Shown here: positions 9,908 through 19,690 of the stretch, one piece after another
How the letters are laid out: every line of letters begins with the position of its first letter
Numbering within the stretch: the stretch's first letter is position 1
Assembly: GCA_964526265.1 (NCBI GenBank)
Contig: CAZGIL010000001.1
Span: 8,248 to 72,247, forward strand
Direction of reading: 5' to 3'
DNA: 64,000 nucleotides
From: Candidatus Woesearchaeota archaeon
Lineage (GTDB): Archaea > Nanobdellota > Nanobdellia > Pacearchaeales > GW2011-AR1
Notes under the pieces: model-generated
Told to the model about the DNA's origin: nothing
What the model saw: the letters and a program-made list of their open reading frames with translations, nothing else
The model's database searches: none
Made by a program: the position numbers and the translations under genes

Positions 9908-10708
9908 TCAATCCTTTCCAAAAAGAATCCTATCTATCTCTTCTTTACTTATATCTCCAGAATCTCTTTTTTCATCTACTTCAATATTCTCTTCCTCAAA
10001 TTCAAGATCTTCAGAATAACCCTCCTTTTCCGGAACTTTTTCTTTCATCTCCTTTTTCCGCTTTATCTCCTGCAAATCAGAAATTGTAATATTCTTCGTT
10101 ATGTAAGGATCAAAGCTCAATCTTGCGGGGGGTGTCCTCTTAATTTCAGTTCTCAACGCCTCCCGGGGGGGAACTCTATTCCTGAACGGGTCCTTAACCA
10201 ACCTCACCCCAAAATAGGTTTCAAGCTTATTTATTAATTTATTATCATCCTCCGGAAGAATACCCTTCTCGGCCATCTGTACAGCCGCCTCGGACTCAGA
10301 AATTGCCTCGGCAAGCTGCTTGTAGGAAATCTTTTTAGCTCTTCGGACTCTCATAATTACCCAGTGGAAATTATCAATTAAATCTGGACGTGGAATGGAC
10401 TTCTTCGGAGAATCCTTATACTTTCTGTCAACAATATCCCTCAAGCTAATTTCCCGCTTCTCAAGACGCTTTTTATCTTTAGCATATTGCTCTTCAAGCG
10501 CTGCCTTGCCCGAAGACATCCGAGTAAGCATCTGTCTTACAGGAGTATTACTTTCGGCCGTCTTGAGCTGCTCTGTTGTGGGTCTTTTAATAACCGGCAA
10601 ATCTTCATCATTAGCACAAAACTCACATATCTTTACAATTCCTTCCCCAGAAATAGCATCAAAAAGACGTACCTTATCCCCAGAATTTCCACACTTGAAG
10701 CATTCCAT
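9908..10708 (-). CDS. MBF1-like protein (Zn ribbon + HTH) with extra linker and C-terminal extension
   Basis: CFKCG...ICEFC; R.AKKISYKQLAEAISESE...AEKG.LP...KLE HTH. Confidence 0.7.
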   Translation of the reverse strand: MECFKCGNSGDKVRLFDAISGEGIVKICEFCANDEDLPVIKRPTTEQLKTAESNTPVRQMLTRMSSGKAALEEQYAKDKKRLEKREISLRDIVDRKYKDSPKKSIPRPDLIDNFHWVIMRVRRAKKISYKQLAEAISESEAAVQMAEKGILPEDDNKLINKLETYFGVRLVKDPFRNRVPPREALRTEIKRTPPARLSFDPYITKNITISDLQEIKRKKEMKEKVPEKEGYSEDLEFEEENIEVDEKRDSGDISKEEIDRILFGKD

Positions 10709-10757
10709 AAGAAAAACCATCAATTCTTCTTTTTTAATATTTGTATAGTAGAAAACA

Positions 10758-11414
10758 CTAAATTAAATAGGACTCCAAATCGCTAACCGAATCAATTCCA
10801 AGAAGAATATCTTTATCATTAATAACAACCGCAGGATATTTAGTAATATTCAAGGAATTAATTTTTGCTTGTAATGAGATTAAATCACTATTTATCGCAA
10901 TAGGAATGAGTAAAACACTATCGCCTTTTGCCTCCTTCAAATCTCCCAAAACCTTACTCCAAACATTTTGATTAGCCTTCTGAACCAAATTCTTAGGGTT
11001 GTACTCATAAAGATAAATAACCGTGTCAAAATCCTCTCCGCACTTATTTTTTGTCTTTTCGGCATTAATCCACAAAAAAGTACGCAACAAATCATATTTT
11101 CTATGGGTCAACCTAATTTTTTCGGTTATCTTTCCGGAATCTTCATATTTTTCTAGTAAAAGTGCTTCCGAATAAATCCTATTAGCAAAATCAAAACTAG
11201 CTTGTATTAAATCTTCGCAATTACTGCTATCTAAATCTACAAGATTATTCAAAACAAACAAATCGGTAGAAACTATTTCCGATTGAGTATAATAATCCTC
11301 TAAATTACTAGAACGCCGGCTCTCAAATGCCACCCCAAGAAGAATACCCAAAATAAATATAACCGTCGTTAAAAGAAACGCTTCCCAAAAAACCCTTTTC
11401 TTATTTGTTAACAT
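10758..11414 (-). CDS. Conserved membrane-anchored protein, thioredoxin-like C-terminal domain
   Basis: N-terminal TM; IYLY...LLIPI...ITKYPAVVIN pattern; operonic with the GT2 gene. Confidence 0.6.
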   Translation of the reverse strand: MLTNKKRVFWEAFLLTTVIFILGILLGVAFESRRSSNLEDYYTQSEIVSTDLFVLNNLVDLDSSNCEDLIQASFDFANRIYSEALLLEKYEDSGKITEKIRLTHRKYDLLRTFLWINAEKTKNKCGEDFDTVIYLYEYNPKNLVQKANQNVWSKVLGDLKEAKGDSVLLIPIAINSDLISLQAKINSLNITKYPAVVINDKDILLGIDSVSDLESYLI

Positions 11415-11415
11415 T

Positions 11416-12651
11416 TTACCACGAATAACTTTTAGTTAGATATTTATACATTGACGCAATCAATATGATTGGGTAAGCTAACAGGTATATAAACATATAA
11501 ACTGAAAGTCCAAGTACCCCATACTTTTTAAATTTTCTTTCTGAGTCTCTTGAGTAAATTAAAGCCAAAAATGTGAAAGAGAGTCCTAAAAAGAATAAAA
11601 CCACTCCGAAAAACATAAGCACGTTTGGAGCCAAATTAATATCTTGTGCAGAGAGTATGGCTGTTTGAACGTTTATCGAATAAAGAGTAGAAAGATAATT
11701 AACAAAAATAAATTTCAATATCCTATACGTTAAGATAGCTAATCCAGTAATTCCCAAAAGCCAAGATAATACAAAAAAAGGAAGGATAAAAGAACCCAAC
11801 ATTCCTTTTTCTTTGAATGCGGTTTTGTACTTATTTATAGTCTGCAACCCTCCAATATTCCAACGAAGACGTTGTTTAAACCAGCCCTTAAAGTTTTGTG
11901 GAACATCCGTATAAGCTTTTGCCGGAACCGACATAGCAACCTTATACCCCGCAGCAACGAAGTGCCAGGTAATTTCTATGTCTTCAGTTAAATTATCCTC
12001 ATCAAATCCCCCCAATTTATTAAATATTTCTCTCTTATACAACGCAAGCGGTCCAGGAGTTACATATATGGCATCAATAAATCCTAAAAGTTTTCTGGTA
12101 AAAACAATAACTCTATATTCAATAGCCTGAAGCCTTTCAATAAACTTAGTATCCCTATTCACTAAAACAGAAGCTGTAACAGAACCAACCGTAGGATCAT
12201 CAAAAAAACCAATCATCTTTTCAATAGCTCCTTTTTGAGGATAAGAATCTGCGTCACTAAATCCTATTAATTCGGTCTTTGCGAATTTGGCTCCATAGTT
12301 TTTAGCTCCGCTTGCCTTGCCAGTATTTTTAGGAGTTTGCAAAGCAACAACTTTAGGATATTTTGAAGCAAGTTTTTTTATTATATTATAAGAATTATCG
12401 GTACTACAATCGTCAACAACAAAAACATTTTTCAATTCAGGATAGCCAATATCCAGTACGGATTTAACCGTTTTTTCAATAGTCTCCTGTTCATTATAAC
12501 AAGGAATAACAATACTCAAACTGTATCTCTTTGTAATTGGAGGGACTTCGAAAAATTCTTTTCTATTATGAATATAAATAAGAAAGAATAAAAACAAAAA
12601 ATAAAATCCTAAAAAGGAATATACTAAAAAAAGAATAGTAAACCAATCCAT
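11416..12651 (-). CDS. Processive GT2 glycosyltransferase (CesA/PgaC-like)
   Basis: IPCYNE, DDCSTD, DADS, TED, QRLRW (QxxRW), multiple TMs. Confidence 0.9.
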   Translation of the reverse strand: MDWFTILFLVYSFLGFYFLFLFFLIYIHNRKEFFEVPPITKRYSLSIVIPCYNEQETIEKTVKSVLDIGYPELKNVFVVDDCSTDNSYNIIKKLASKYPKVVALQTPKNTGKASGAKNYGAKFAKTELIGFSDADSYPQKGAIEKMIGFFDDPTVGSVTASVLVNRDTKFIERLQAIEYRVIVFTRKLLGFIDAIYVTPGPLALYKREIFNKLGGFDEDNLTEDIEITWHFVAAGYKVAMSVPAKAYTDVPQNFKGWFKQRLRWNIGGLQTINKYKTAFKEKGMLGSFILPFFVLSWLLGITGLAILTYRILKFIFVNYLSTLYSINVQTAILSAQDINLAPNVLMFFGVVLFFLGLSFTFLALIYSRDSERKFKKYGVLGLSVYMFIYLLAYPIILIASMYKYLTKSYSW

Positions 12652-13214
12652 TATTCTTCCCCCGAAGTTTCTTCTACATTTTCCCCATTCTCTTTAATCT
12701 GCATTCCCCCAGATTCATTAGTACTAAAATAATCATAAAAATCATCGCTCAAGGTTAAATCATGGGTATGCCCACTTCTTTTTTTATTAATCAAACTCAA
12801 ATCAGAAAATTTCTTTATATGATCGTAAGCCTTATTCCCTCTTATCTTAATAATAACCGATTGTTTTATTGGCTGCTTGAAAGCAATTATGGCAAGAGTT
12901 TCCTGCTCTGCCTTAGAAAATTCAGAACTTCCTGTCGCAAGCTTATTAATTATTCCAGAATGCTCTTGACGAACATCCATCTTCCACATTCCGTTCTTTT
13001 CAACGATTTCAATTGCGGAGTCCGATTTCTCATATTTCTCTTGCAATCTCTCAATTAATTCCCTTATTATAATTGGATTCAAATCCGAAAGAGAAATTAA
13101 TTCCTGCATATTAAGAAATCTCCCAGAAATAAAAAACACCGCCTCTAAAGTTTTCAAATCCTCTTTTTCCTTTGCTTCATCTATCTCCTCTAATGTTTTT
13201 GAAGATACTTCCAT
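12651..13214 (-). CDS. scpB: SMC-Scp complex subunit ScpB
   Basis: LEAVFF, ETLAIIAFKQPI, IRG, F.DYF. Confidence 0.92.
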   Translation of the reverse strand: MEVSSKTLEEIDEAKEKEDLKTLEAVFFISGRFLNMQELISLSDLNPIIIRELIERLQEKYEKSDSAIEIVEKNGMWKMDVRQEHSGIINKLATGSSEFSKAEQETLAIIAFKQPIKQSVIIKIRGNKAYDHIKKFSDLSLINKKRSGHTHDLTLSDDFYDYFSTNESGGMQIKENGENVEETSGEE

Positions 13215-13256
13215 AATAGAAACTATAATTGAAAGTTTAAAAGGATAACTGTAGGA

Positions 13257-13727
13257 CTAAGCAACTGCCAACAAACCTCTCTCAAGTCTTCTACGATTGA
13301 TTCTTTCTCTCTGCAAATCACTAAGTTTTGACCACCCCTTAAGAAATTTATCCCCACCAAAGACGAAACTGGGAAAAGTTCCAATAACCGATACATGTCC
13401 GTTTGCCATTCGATAAGGATGTTTATTATGATGCCAAATTTCTCCTTCCCAAAGGTGAGTACTTTTTCTAAGATAATTCATCATCATCTTCTTGCAGGAA
13501 TCTTTGGCTTTTTGTTCTTCCCCAACATCATACAAATCAACCGCCCCAACCATCGGAGTAAAAGAATTGACTTCCCTTTCAACTAAAAGATGTCCCTTGA
13601 ATTCTCTAAACTTAAAGCTTACATTTCCACAATTATAGGATAAATAATAACCTCTTTCCTCCTCACTTTTTTCTATAGCTCTCCTCAAAATCTTATATTC
13701 TGCTAATCTTTCTGCAAGTGGTTTCAT
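13257..13727 (-). CDS. Hypothetical protein
   Basis: 156-aa ORF with its own TATA-like box. Confidence 0.6.
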   Translation of the reverse strand: MKPLAERLAEYKILRRAIEKSEEERGYYLSYNCGNVSFKFREFKGHLLVEREVNSFTPMVGAVDLYDVGEEQKAKDSCKKMMMNYLRKSTHLWEGEIWHHNKHPYRMANGHVSVIGTFPSFVFGGDKFLKGWSKLSDLQRERINRRRLERGLLAVA

Positions 13728-13772
13728 AAGAGCATAAGAAAAAGAGACTTTTTAAAAATTATTATTCTCGGC

Positions 13773-14864
13773 TTATATCCTAAATCTCAAAATTGCCCCA
13801 ACGCCCTTTGTTATATTAAGGAATTGCTCCCCTTCTTCAGTCTCGTCCGAGACTACAACAATCTCCGAGGAGATAGACTCGGCCAGTTTCTTAAGCTCCT
13901 TGTTAAGAACTTTATTTCCTTTTTTAGATAAAATTAGGGTTTCAACCGCCCCATATTGCAGAGCCTTTCTTAAATTCGCTTCGCCATAAGTCGCCAAATC
14001 CGGTTTTTCTCCAAGTGTTTCAAAGAATTTATCCAAAATTTCCTTTTCATGAACAATTTCTTGTTCTGCAAGAACCTCTCTCGACTTCTCAACAAGTTCT
14101 TTTATTCCAGACTCGTCACTTCCCCCCAAATCCTGAATTCCAATAACCTTCTCTCGGAGTTGAGTGGGCATATATTCACCAGTAAGAAATTCGTCCTTTG
14201 TTGGAATTGGGCCTCCAACAAGAATACCTTTTAACTTCGGCATATCATAAAATATTTTTTTCATTTCGTCCGCAATTCTTTTGTAAAACTCTTTAGTTAA
14301 CCCCTCGGTAATACGATGAAAACGCTGAGAGCTCTGTCCTCCCGCCCTAACCTTTGAGGGAATCCCTGAAGTCATTTTATGAAGTATTTCTATTCTCTTA
14401 CCCTCCAAAAAACCAATTGTTGCTTCCTTTCTATCCATAACAAGCAATCCAAAAACATCGTCAACCGCCATCATCTCCTTTAATGGGTCAAGAACAAAAT
14501 CTTTATCACATCGGTACATTCTTATTTTAAGCGGAAGAGGAGGCTCAATATCCCACAACTGCATATCATCTTGCCCTTCAACTTTAGAAACATTACCCGC
14601 AAAAAGAGCCAACCCGTTCTCGGGCGTTTTCTTAAGTCCTTTCAAGTGTCTAACAATTTTATCAAGAGCGTCCGTAACATTTTTTCTTGTAGCAGTGGAC
14701 TTAATATTCTTCGCCGTGGATTTTTCCCCTTCCAGCTGCCTCTGAACAGCATTCACATCATAACCCGCAGAAACATAAACGGTAATTAGTTCGGTATGTC
14801 TTCCTTTGTGTTTTGCAAGCTCTTCAATAACATCTTCAAGTTCGGATTTAGATAATTTAACCAT
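13773..14864 (-). CDS. prf1: Peptide chain release factor aRF1 (short form)
   Basis: TELIT, NIKS, YRCD, GGQS motifs. Confidence 0.95.
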   Translation of the reverse strand: MVKLSKSELEDVIEELAKHKGRHTELITVYVSAGYDVNAVQRQLEGEKSTAKNIKSTATRKNVTDALDKIVRHLKGLKKTPENGLALFAGNVSKVEGQDDMQLWDIEPPLPLKIRMYRCDKDFVLDPLKEMMAVDDVFGLLVMDRKEATIGFLEGKRIEILHKMTSGIPSKVRAGGQSSQRFHRITEGLTKEFYKRIADEMKKIFYDMPKLKGILVGGPIPTKDEFLTGEYMPTQLREKVIGIQDLGGSDESGIKELVEKSREVLAEQEIVHEKEILDKFFETLGEKPDLATYGEANLRKALQYGAVETLILSKKGNKVLNKELKKLAESISSEIVVVSDETEEGEQFLNITKGVGAILRFRI

Positions 14865-14907
14865 AATTAAGAAAACGAAAAGGTATTTATAAAACTACTC
14901 AGAAGTT

Positions 14908-15171
14908 CTAAAATCTTCTACCGGATTCGGAATAACTCACGCCGTAGATAGGCACATATCTCCCGTCTATAAAATCCGGCCCTCTCTCAAATCCATAATT
15001 AACCACCCGTCTCGACTCCATAACTCTTGGTATAGGTTGAACCCTCGGCTCCATCGCTTTTCTGTCCCTCTCTTCCATAGCCGCCCTTACTGCATCCGCC
15101 TGACTAAATTGTTTAAATTTATTATCATGTTCATGTTTTCCCAGAAATCTTTTCTTTTTGTGTGAAGGCAT
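14908..15171 (-). CDS. Hypothetical protein
   Basis: ORF from ATG 15171 with TTTTTAAA ~22 nt upstream. Confidence 0.45.
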   Translation of the reverse strand: MPSHKKKRFLGKHEHDNKFKQFSQADAVRAAMEERDRKAMEPRVQPIPRVMESRRVVNYGFERGPDFIDGRYVPIYGVSYSESGRRF

Positions 15172-15224
15172 AATAAAAATAATCAAGAAGCCTTTAAAAA
15201 TAAATTGGTATAGAAAAGAATATA

Positions 15225-15566
15225 TTATTCAAAAAGTTCTGTATATATCTTTAACCTTTCTCTAAATTGGCTAGCAAAATTCCGGGTAGTTGGGTCTTTT
15301 GTGCCCCTTAAATATCTTAAAGAAGCCAGTAAAGAATCCTTAGATCTCGCCCAACATTCATCAACAGGTCCAAATCCTCCCGACCGATACATCTCCAAAA
15401 AAGATAAAGCCGTTCTAGAAAATATGTTTAAATCATTCACAACACCAGCACTAACCTCTAATTTTCCATTTTTAATCTCAGACAGAATTCTTTCAACTTC
15501 ATCTTGATGTGAAAAATATAAATCTTCAGTTTCTTCTGAAGTAAGTATTTTTGAAGTGTCAGACAT
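15225..15566 (-). CDS. Hypothetical protein
   Basis: 113-aa helical ORF with TATA box upstream. Confidence 0.55.
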   Translation of the reverse strand: MSDTSKILTSEETEDLYFSHQDEVERILSEIKNGKLEVSAGVVNDLNIFSRTALSFLEMYRSGGFGPVDECWARSKDSLLASLRYLRGTKDPTTRNFASQFRERLKIYTELFE

Positions 15567-15647
15567 ACAAGAATTTAATTATTATTAGTATTTAAATATG
15601 ATTACACTAAAAAGGGTAAACAAAATCTATAGACAAAGTAATATCCC

Positions 15648-18029
15648 TCAGAACTCAAGATTATGCACCGCAATTAAATCCTTTTCAAAGGGCTTCAGTT
15701 CTTTTGGAATTTTAATTTCACTTATGGGGTTTCTCAAAGAGATACCTTTTTCCTTTTTAATTTTCCAAACCTCGCCATTAAAATTCATTATTTTATCAAG
15801 AAGTTTTAAATTAGAATTAATCTTCCCCGCTTTAGGAAATTCTAAATTCAATAAATTCAATTTAAAATCTTCTCCAATTGTTGAAGTAATCTGCGGTATG
15901 ATAGGATAAAGCAGAGTTAACAACCTTTTCAATAAAAAATGAAGGGTATACTTTGCAGAATTGCTCTCCTCTTCTGTAAAACGATTATCCTGATTATACG
16001 CCCTGCTTTTAACAAGTTCAATATAGTTGGAAGCAAAAACATCCCACAAAAACCTTCTCAGTTCAAGGGAGGGATGATAAAAATCATAGATGCCGAACCA
16101 TTTATCACAAATCATAGTTAAATTTTCAAGATAATCAATAAATAATTTATCCGTATCCATCAAAATAGGTTTCTTTTTAGGGTTTTCAAACATCAAAACA
16201 AATTTAGAGACGTTCAATAACTTGTTAAGAGTTTTTCTTTCAGCATCAATTTTCTCAGGAAAAACACTAAGATCTTGCCTAGACAAATCTCCCTCTGTTG
16301 CGGCCCAAATTCTTATTGCCTCCGCTCCAGATTTCTTAACGATATCTCTGGGATCAATAACATTTCCGAGAGACTTAGCCATTTTTTTACCTTGGGGGTC
16401 CAATAAATGCTGATGTATCCATGCATCCACAAAGCAGGGTTTCTTGGTTTCAAGATATCCTCTCAAAAGAGTATAATAAAGCCAGGTTCTCACAATTTCC
16501 TTTCCTTGCGGCCTTAAAGTTGCAGGATAAGCTCTCTTAAAAAATGAATTATCCCTCCCATAATTCAAAATAAACAATTCGGAAATAGAGGAATCCATCC
16601 AGGTATCAAAAACTCTCTCCTCCCCTCTCCATTTTTTGCCCTTGAAATCTCCAACTTTGCCAATAACCTTTCCATTTTTAAGAACCTCGGCATCCCTTGG
16701 AACTCCCTCTTTCCATGGTTGATAATATTTTCCGGGATTGGGCAAGGCAACAAGTCTTTCTTCATCATCAGAGTACCACAAGGGGATTTCAGTAGCATAA
16801 AATCTTCTTCTTGAAATGGGCCAGTCTATAGAAATAGAATTAACCCAATCATCAAGAATTTTTTTAGATTGGGGGGGATAGAAATTAATTTTTTTGGCAA
16901 TTTTTTTAATTTCTTCTTTAAATTTCAATTGCTTTAGATACAACTCGGGCATCTCAATAAACTCTATCTCGGCTTTTGACCTCTCTGAAATTGGAGTTCT
17001 GTGGGTTATTTTAACTTGCTTAACAAGTAGCTCCTTATCCTTCAGGGTTTCAATAATTTTATCCCTTGCTTCGCGAACCTTTAATCCTTCCAAGAACCCG
17101 GCATTCTCATTCATCGTTCCATCCTGATTTATTGCAATTACCGGAGTTAATTTCATCTCCCTAAAAAATTGAATATCTGACAAATCTCCTGCAGAGCACA
17201 TCATCGCAAGTCCGGTGCCCTTATCAACCTGTGCAAGAGGGTGGGAACGAATAGGAACCGCTTTTCCAAACAGAGGGGTAATTGCGGTTTTCCCTTCGAG
17301 ATGTTTATACCTTTTATCTCCAGAATTAAAGATAACCATCCCACAAGTACATATTAACTCCGGGCGGGTTGTTCCAATTATAATTTTTTCGCCAGTCTCC
17401 TTAACTTTCCAGGTAATATCGCTAAAAGCACTTGGAATATCTTCATACTCAATCTCCGAGTCGGCAATAGTTGTTTGAAGTTTTGGGTCCCAATTAGTTA
17501 TTCTGGAATCCTCATAAATTAACCCCTTTTTGTACAAATCAATAAAAGTTGCCTGAGTCAATCCTCTGTATTCAGGAGAATCAGTTTTGTAAACGCTGCC
17601 TATTTCTTTGCCTTCCTTATAGGAGGTAAAAGAAATTCCCAGTTGTGCAAAAGAATCTTGTGTTCCAACACTTCCCTCATTGATAAGTTTCTCGCAGTAT
17701 TCAACGAATTTTTCTCTTCCAACCTTAAAAGGAGAAATATCAAATCTTTTTTCTGTTGCCATCTCTATCGGAAGTCCATTCCTGTCCAGCCCCAAAGGAA
17801 AAATCACCTCAAATCCCTTCATCCTTTTGTATCGGGCAAACATATCCATAAAACAATAAGTCACTGCCTGAGCAATATGAATCGGGGAGTTAACATAAGG
17901 CGGGGGGGTATCAATAGAATAAATTTTTTTAGCCTTTTTATTAAACCTAAAAAGCTCAGATTTTTTCCACCTATCGGTTATCTTCCTTTCAATCTCAACC
18001 TCCCAATTTTTTATATCTTTTAAAGCCAT
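15648..18029 (-). CDS. valS: Valine--tRNA ligase
   Basis: IDTPPP, HIAQ (HIGH variant), TTRPE, DWPISR, FDTWMDSS, LRPQG.EI, KMAKSLGN. Confidence 0.93.
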   Translation of the reverse strand: MALKDIKNWEVEIERKITDRWKKSELFRFNKKAKKIYSIDTPPPYVNSPIHIAQAVTYCFMDMFARYKRMKGFEVIFPLGLDRNGLPIEMATEKRFDISPFKVGREKFVEYCEKLINEGSVGTQDSFAQLGISFTSYKEGKEIGSVYKTDSPEYRGLTQATFIDLYKKGLIYEDSRITNWDPKLQTTIADSEIEYEDIPSAFSDITWKVKETGEKIIIGTTRPELICTCGMVIFNSGDKRYKHLEGKTAITPLFGKAVPIRSHPLAQVDKGTGLAMMCSAGDLSDIQFFREMKLTPVIAINQDGTMNENAGFLEGLKVREARDKIIETLKDKELLVKQVKITHRTPISERSKAEIEFIEMPELYLKQLKFKEEIKKIAKKINFYPPQSKKILDDWVNSISIDWPISRRRFYATEIPLWYSDDEERLVALPNPGKYYQPWKEGVPRDAEVLKNGKVIGKVGDFKGKKWRGEERVFDTWMDSSISELFILNYGRDNSFFKRAYPATLRPQGKEIVRTWLYYTLLRGYLETKKPCFVDAWIHQHLLDPQGKKMAKSLGNVIDPRDIVKKSGAEAIRIWAATEGDLSRQDLSVFPEKIDAERKTLNKLLNVSKFVLMFENPKKKPILMDTDKLFIDYLENLTMICDKWFGIYDFYHPSLELRRFLWDVFASNYIELVKSRAYNQDNRFTEEESNSAKYTLHFLLKRLLTLLYPIIPQITSTIGEDFKLNLLNLEFPKAGKINSNLKLLDKIMNFNGEVWKIKKEKGISLRNPISEIKIPKELKPFEKDLIAVHNLEF

Positions 18030-18079
18030 ACATTTCCCAAAACAAATAACTTTTTAAATTTAAACATTCTACCCTAAAC

Positions 18080-18238
18080 ATGGCAAACAGCGGAATAAAC
18101 CTCCCATCAGGATTTGGGGGACTAACAAGGTATAGTGAAGAGTACTCAAGTAAATTTATGATGAAACCCTCTCTGATAATTGTATTTATCCTACTAATAA
18201 TCGCCTTTAGGGTTTTTTTAGGATTCTTATTTAGATAA
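18080..18238 (+). CDS. secG: Preprotein translocase subunit Sec61-beta (52 aa; missed by ORF track)
   Basis: MANSGINLPSGFGGLTRYSEEYSSKFMMKPSLIIVFILLIIAFRVFLGFLFR: GL.RY.EE...P plus single C-terminal TM. Confidence 0.88.
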   Translation: MANSGINLPSGFGGLTRYSEEYSSKFMMKPSLIIVFILLIIAFRVFLGFLFR

Positions 18239-18247
18239 GATTCAAAT

Positions 18248-19690
18248 TTAAAATTTGTAAACTGCCGAATATCCTTCAGTTTTAGAGCATTCAAAAACGT
18301 TTTCCATATTTTTATCCAAATCTTCCTTAATCTTAACATTCTTTTCTTCAGTCAAAGGCATATCGTAATCCGTAAAAAAGACGAAACTATTTTTTCCAGC
18401 ATAACTCGTTTCAACCATCTCCTTCAGAGAAGAATAACTCACGGGGTAAGAATAAAAGCGCGTCTCTTGTTTGGTGTAGTAATAAACAATAGGGGATTCA
18501 TCGGTTATAACTAACGCATTTTCCTGATTTTTCAAAAATTCATTGGCTTCTAAAAAACATTTATGTTTATCCGTATAAGAATTTTTGTATGTTAAGGTAA
18601 ATTGAAAGGACAATAAAATTAGACTTCCAATAATAGCCAACACCAGAATTAGGCGAGCATACTTTTTTACCTTACTTAAAAAATAACCAGAAATTATTGC
18701 AATCGCCGGAGTAATCGCTAAAATAAATCTATCCTCTTTATGAGGCATATAAATAGCCATGATTAAAAAGAAAAAGAAAAATATCAAAGTAAAATAGATT
18801 CCCCTCTTGAAAAATTCTTTTTTATAAAGGATATAAATTATTGCAATTAAAAAAACTAATCCGGTTAGTGCAAACATCTGAAACCAGTAATCAAAAAAGA
18901 AATGCCAGGACTGAAAACCTCCCCAGTATCCAGATGCCTTTGCCCCATGTATAAACGCTCCAATAGGACTATTATACTCCGAAATTCCATAAATAAACCA
19001 AGGAACTAACACAACAAAAAAAGAAACAATAGCGTACCATAAATATTTATCTTTCAGAAATTTAAGAGACCTATCCCTTACTAAAAAGTATAAGAGAAAA
19101 ACAGGCATTACCCACAAAGCAGTGTATCTTGAAAGAAGTGCCAAAGCTAAAAAAATACCAAATAGAACCTTGTGAAACTTATTTCCCTCTTCATAACCCC
19201 TCCAAAAACTATAAAGAGTGAGTATAACAAAAAAAGTAAACAAAACTCCCGTTAAAATCTTAGCACTATACGTCACATGTAATGGAAGAAACAGAAACAA
19301 AATTGCCGAGTAAAGCGCTATTTCCGAATTAAACATCCTCTTTCCAAGCAGATAAACAAAACATACAGATAAAGCCCCTACAAATACCATAAAAAAACTT
19401 ACAAAGAAATCCAGGTGAAAAAGATACAAAATAGATAAAGAATAAGGAAGCAGAGGAGCTCTAAATCCCATTTTTGGCCAAGCGTAGAAGTCATCTCCTC
19501 CAGAAGGAATAAAATCACTCCATCCATTATTTGCAACCGAGTAATCTAAAGGATTATTACTTAAATCATAACCCATATTCGCATAAACCGTCTCATCCCA
19601 AATCTTTACCGGGGCAGATAAAAGAAAGACACTTCTAAGAATAAATGCGATTAAAAATAGAATAATTAAAATTTTAGTTTGTCTATTCAT
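18248..19690 (-). CDS. GT-C superfamily (PMT/ArnT-like) glycosyltransferase
   Basis: WDE in first loop, R.PL, many TMs, KEDRF. Confidence 0.85.
   Translation of the reverse strand: MNRQTKILIILFLIAFILRSVFLLSAPVKIWDETVYANMGYDLSNNPLDYSVANNGWSDFIPSGGDDFYAWPKMGFRAPLLPYSLSILYLFHLDFFVSFFMVFVGALSVCFVYLLGKRMFNSEIALYSAILFLFLPLHVTYSAKILTGVLFTFFVILTLYSFWRGYEEGNKFHKVLFGIFLALALLSRYTALWVMPVFLLYFLVRDRSLKFLKDKYLWYAIVSFFVVLVPWFIYGISEYNSPIGAFIHGAKASGYWGGFQSWHFFFDYWFQMFALTGLVFLIAIIYILYKKEFFKRGIYFTLIFFFFFLIMAIYMPHKEDRFILAITPAIAIISGYFLSKVKKYARLILVLAIIGSLILLSFQFTLTYKNSYTDKHKCFLEANEFLKNQENALVITDESPIVYYYTKQETRFYSYPVSYSSLKEMVETSYAGKNSFVFFTDYDMPLTEEKNVKIKEDLDKNMENVFECSKTEGYSAVYKF

Noticed and set aside
15297..15314. 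TTTAAGGGGCACAAA resembling the 18-bp element
   Set aside because: Only half the palindrome matches and the host is an orphan, so an indel cannot be judged.
16389..16404. CCTTGGGGGTCCAA in valS resembling the element
   Set aside because: Encodes the conserved LDxxGxKM segment with normal spacing.
17995..18339. 114-aa minus-strand ORF
   Set aside because: Antisense to Sec61-beta and overlaps both neighbouring genes.
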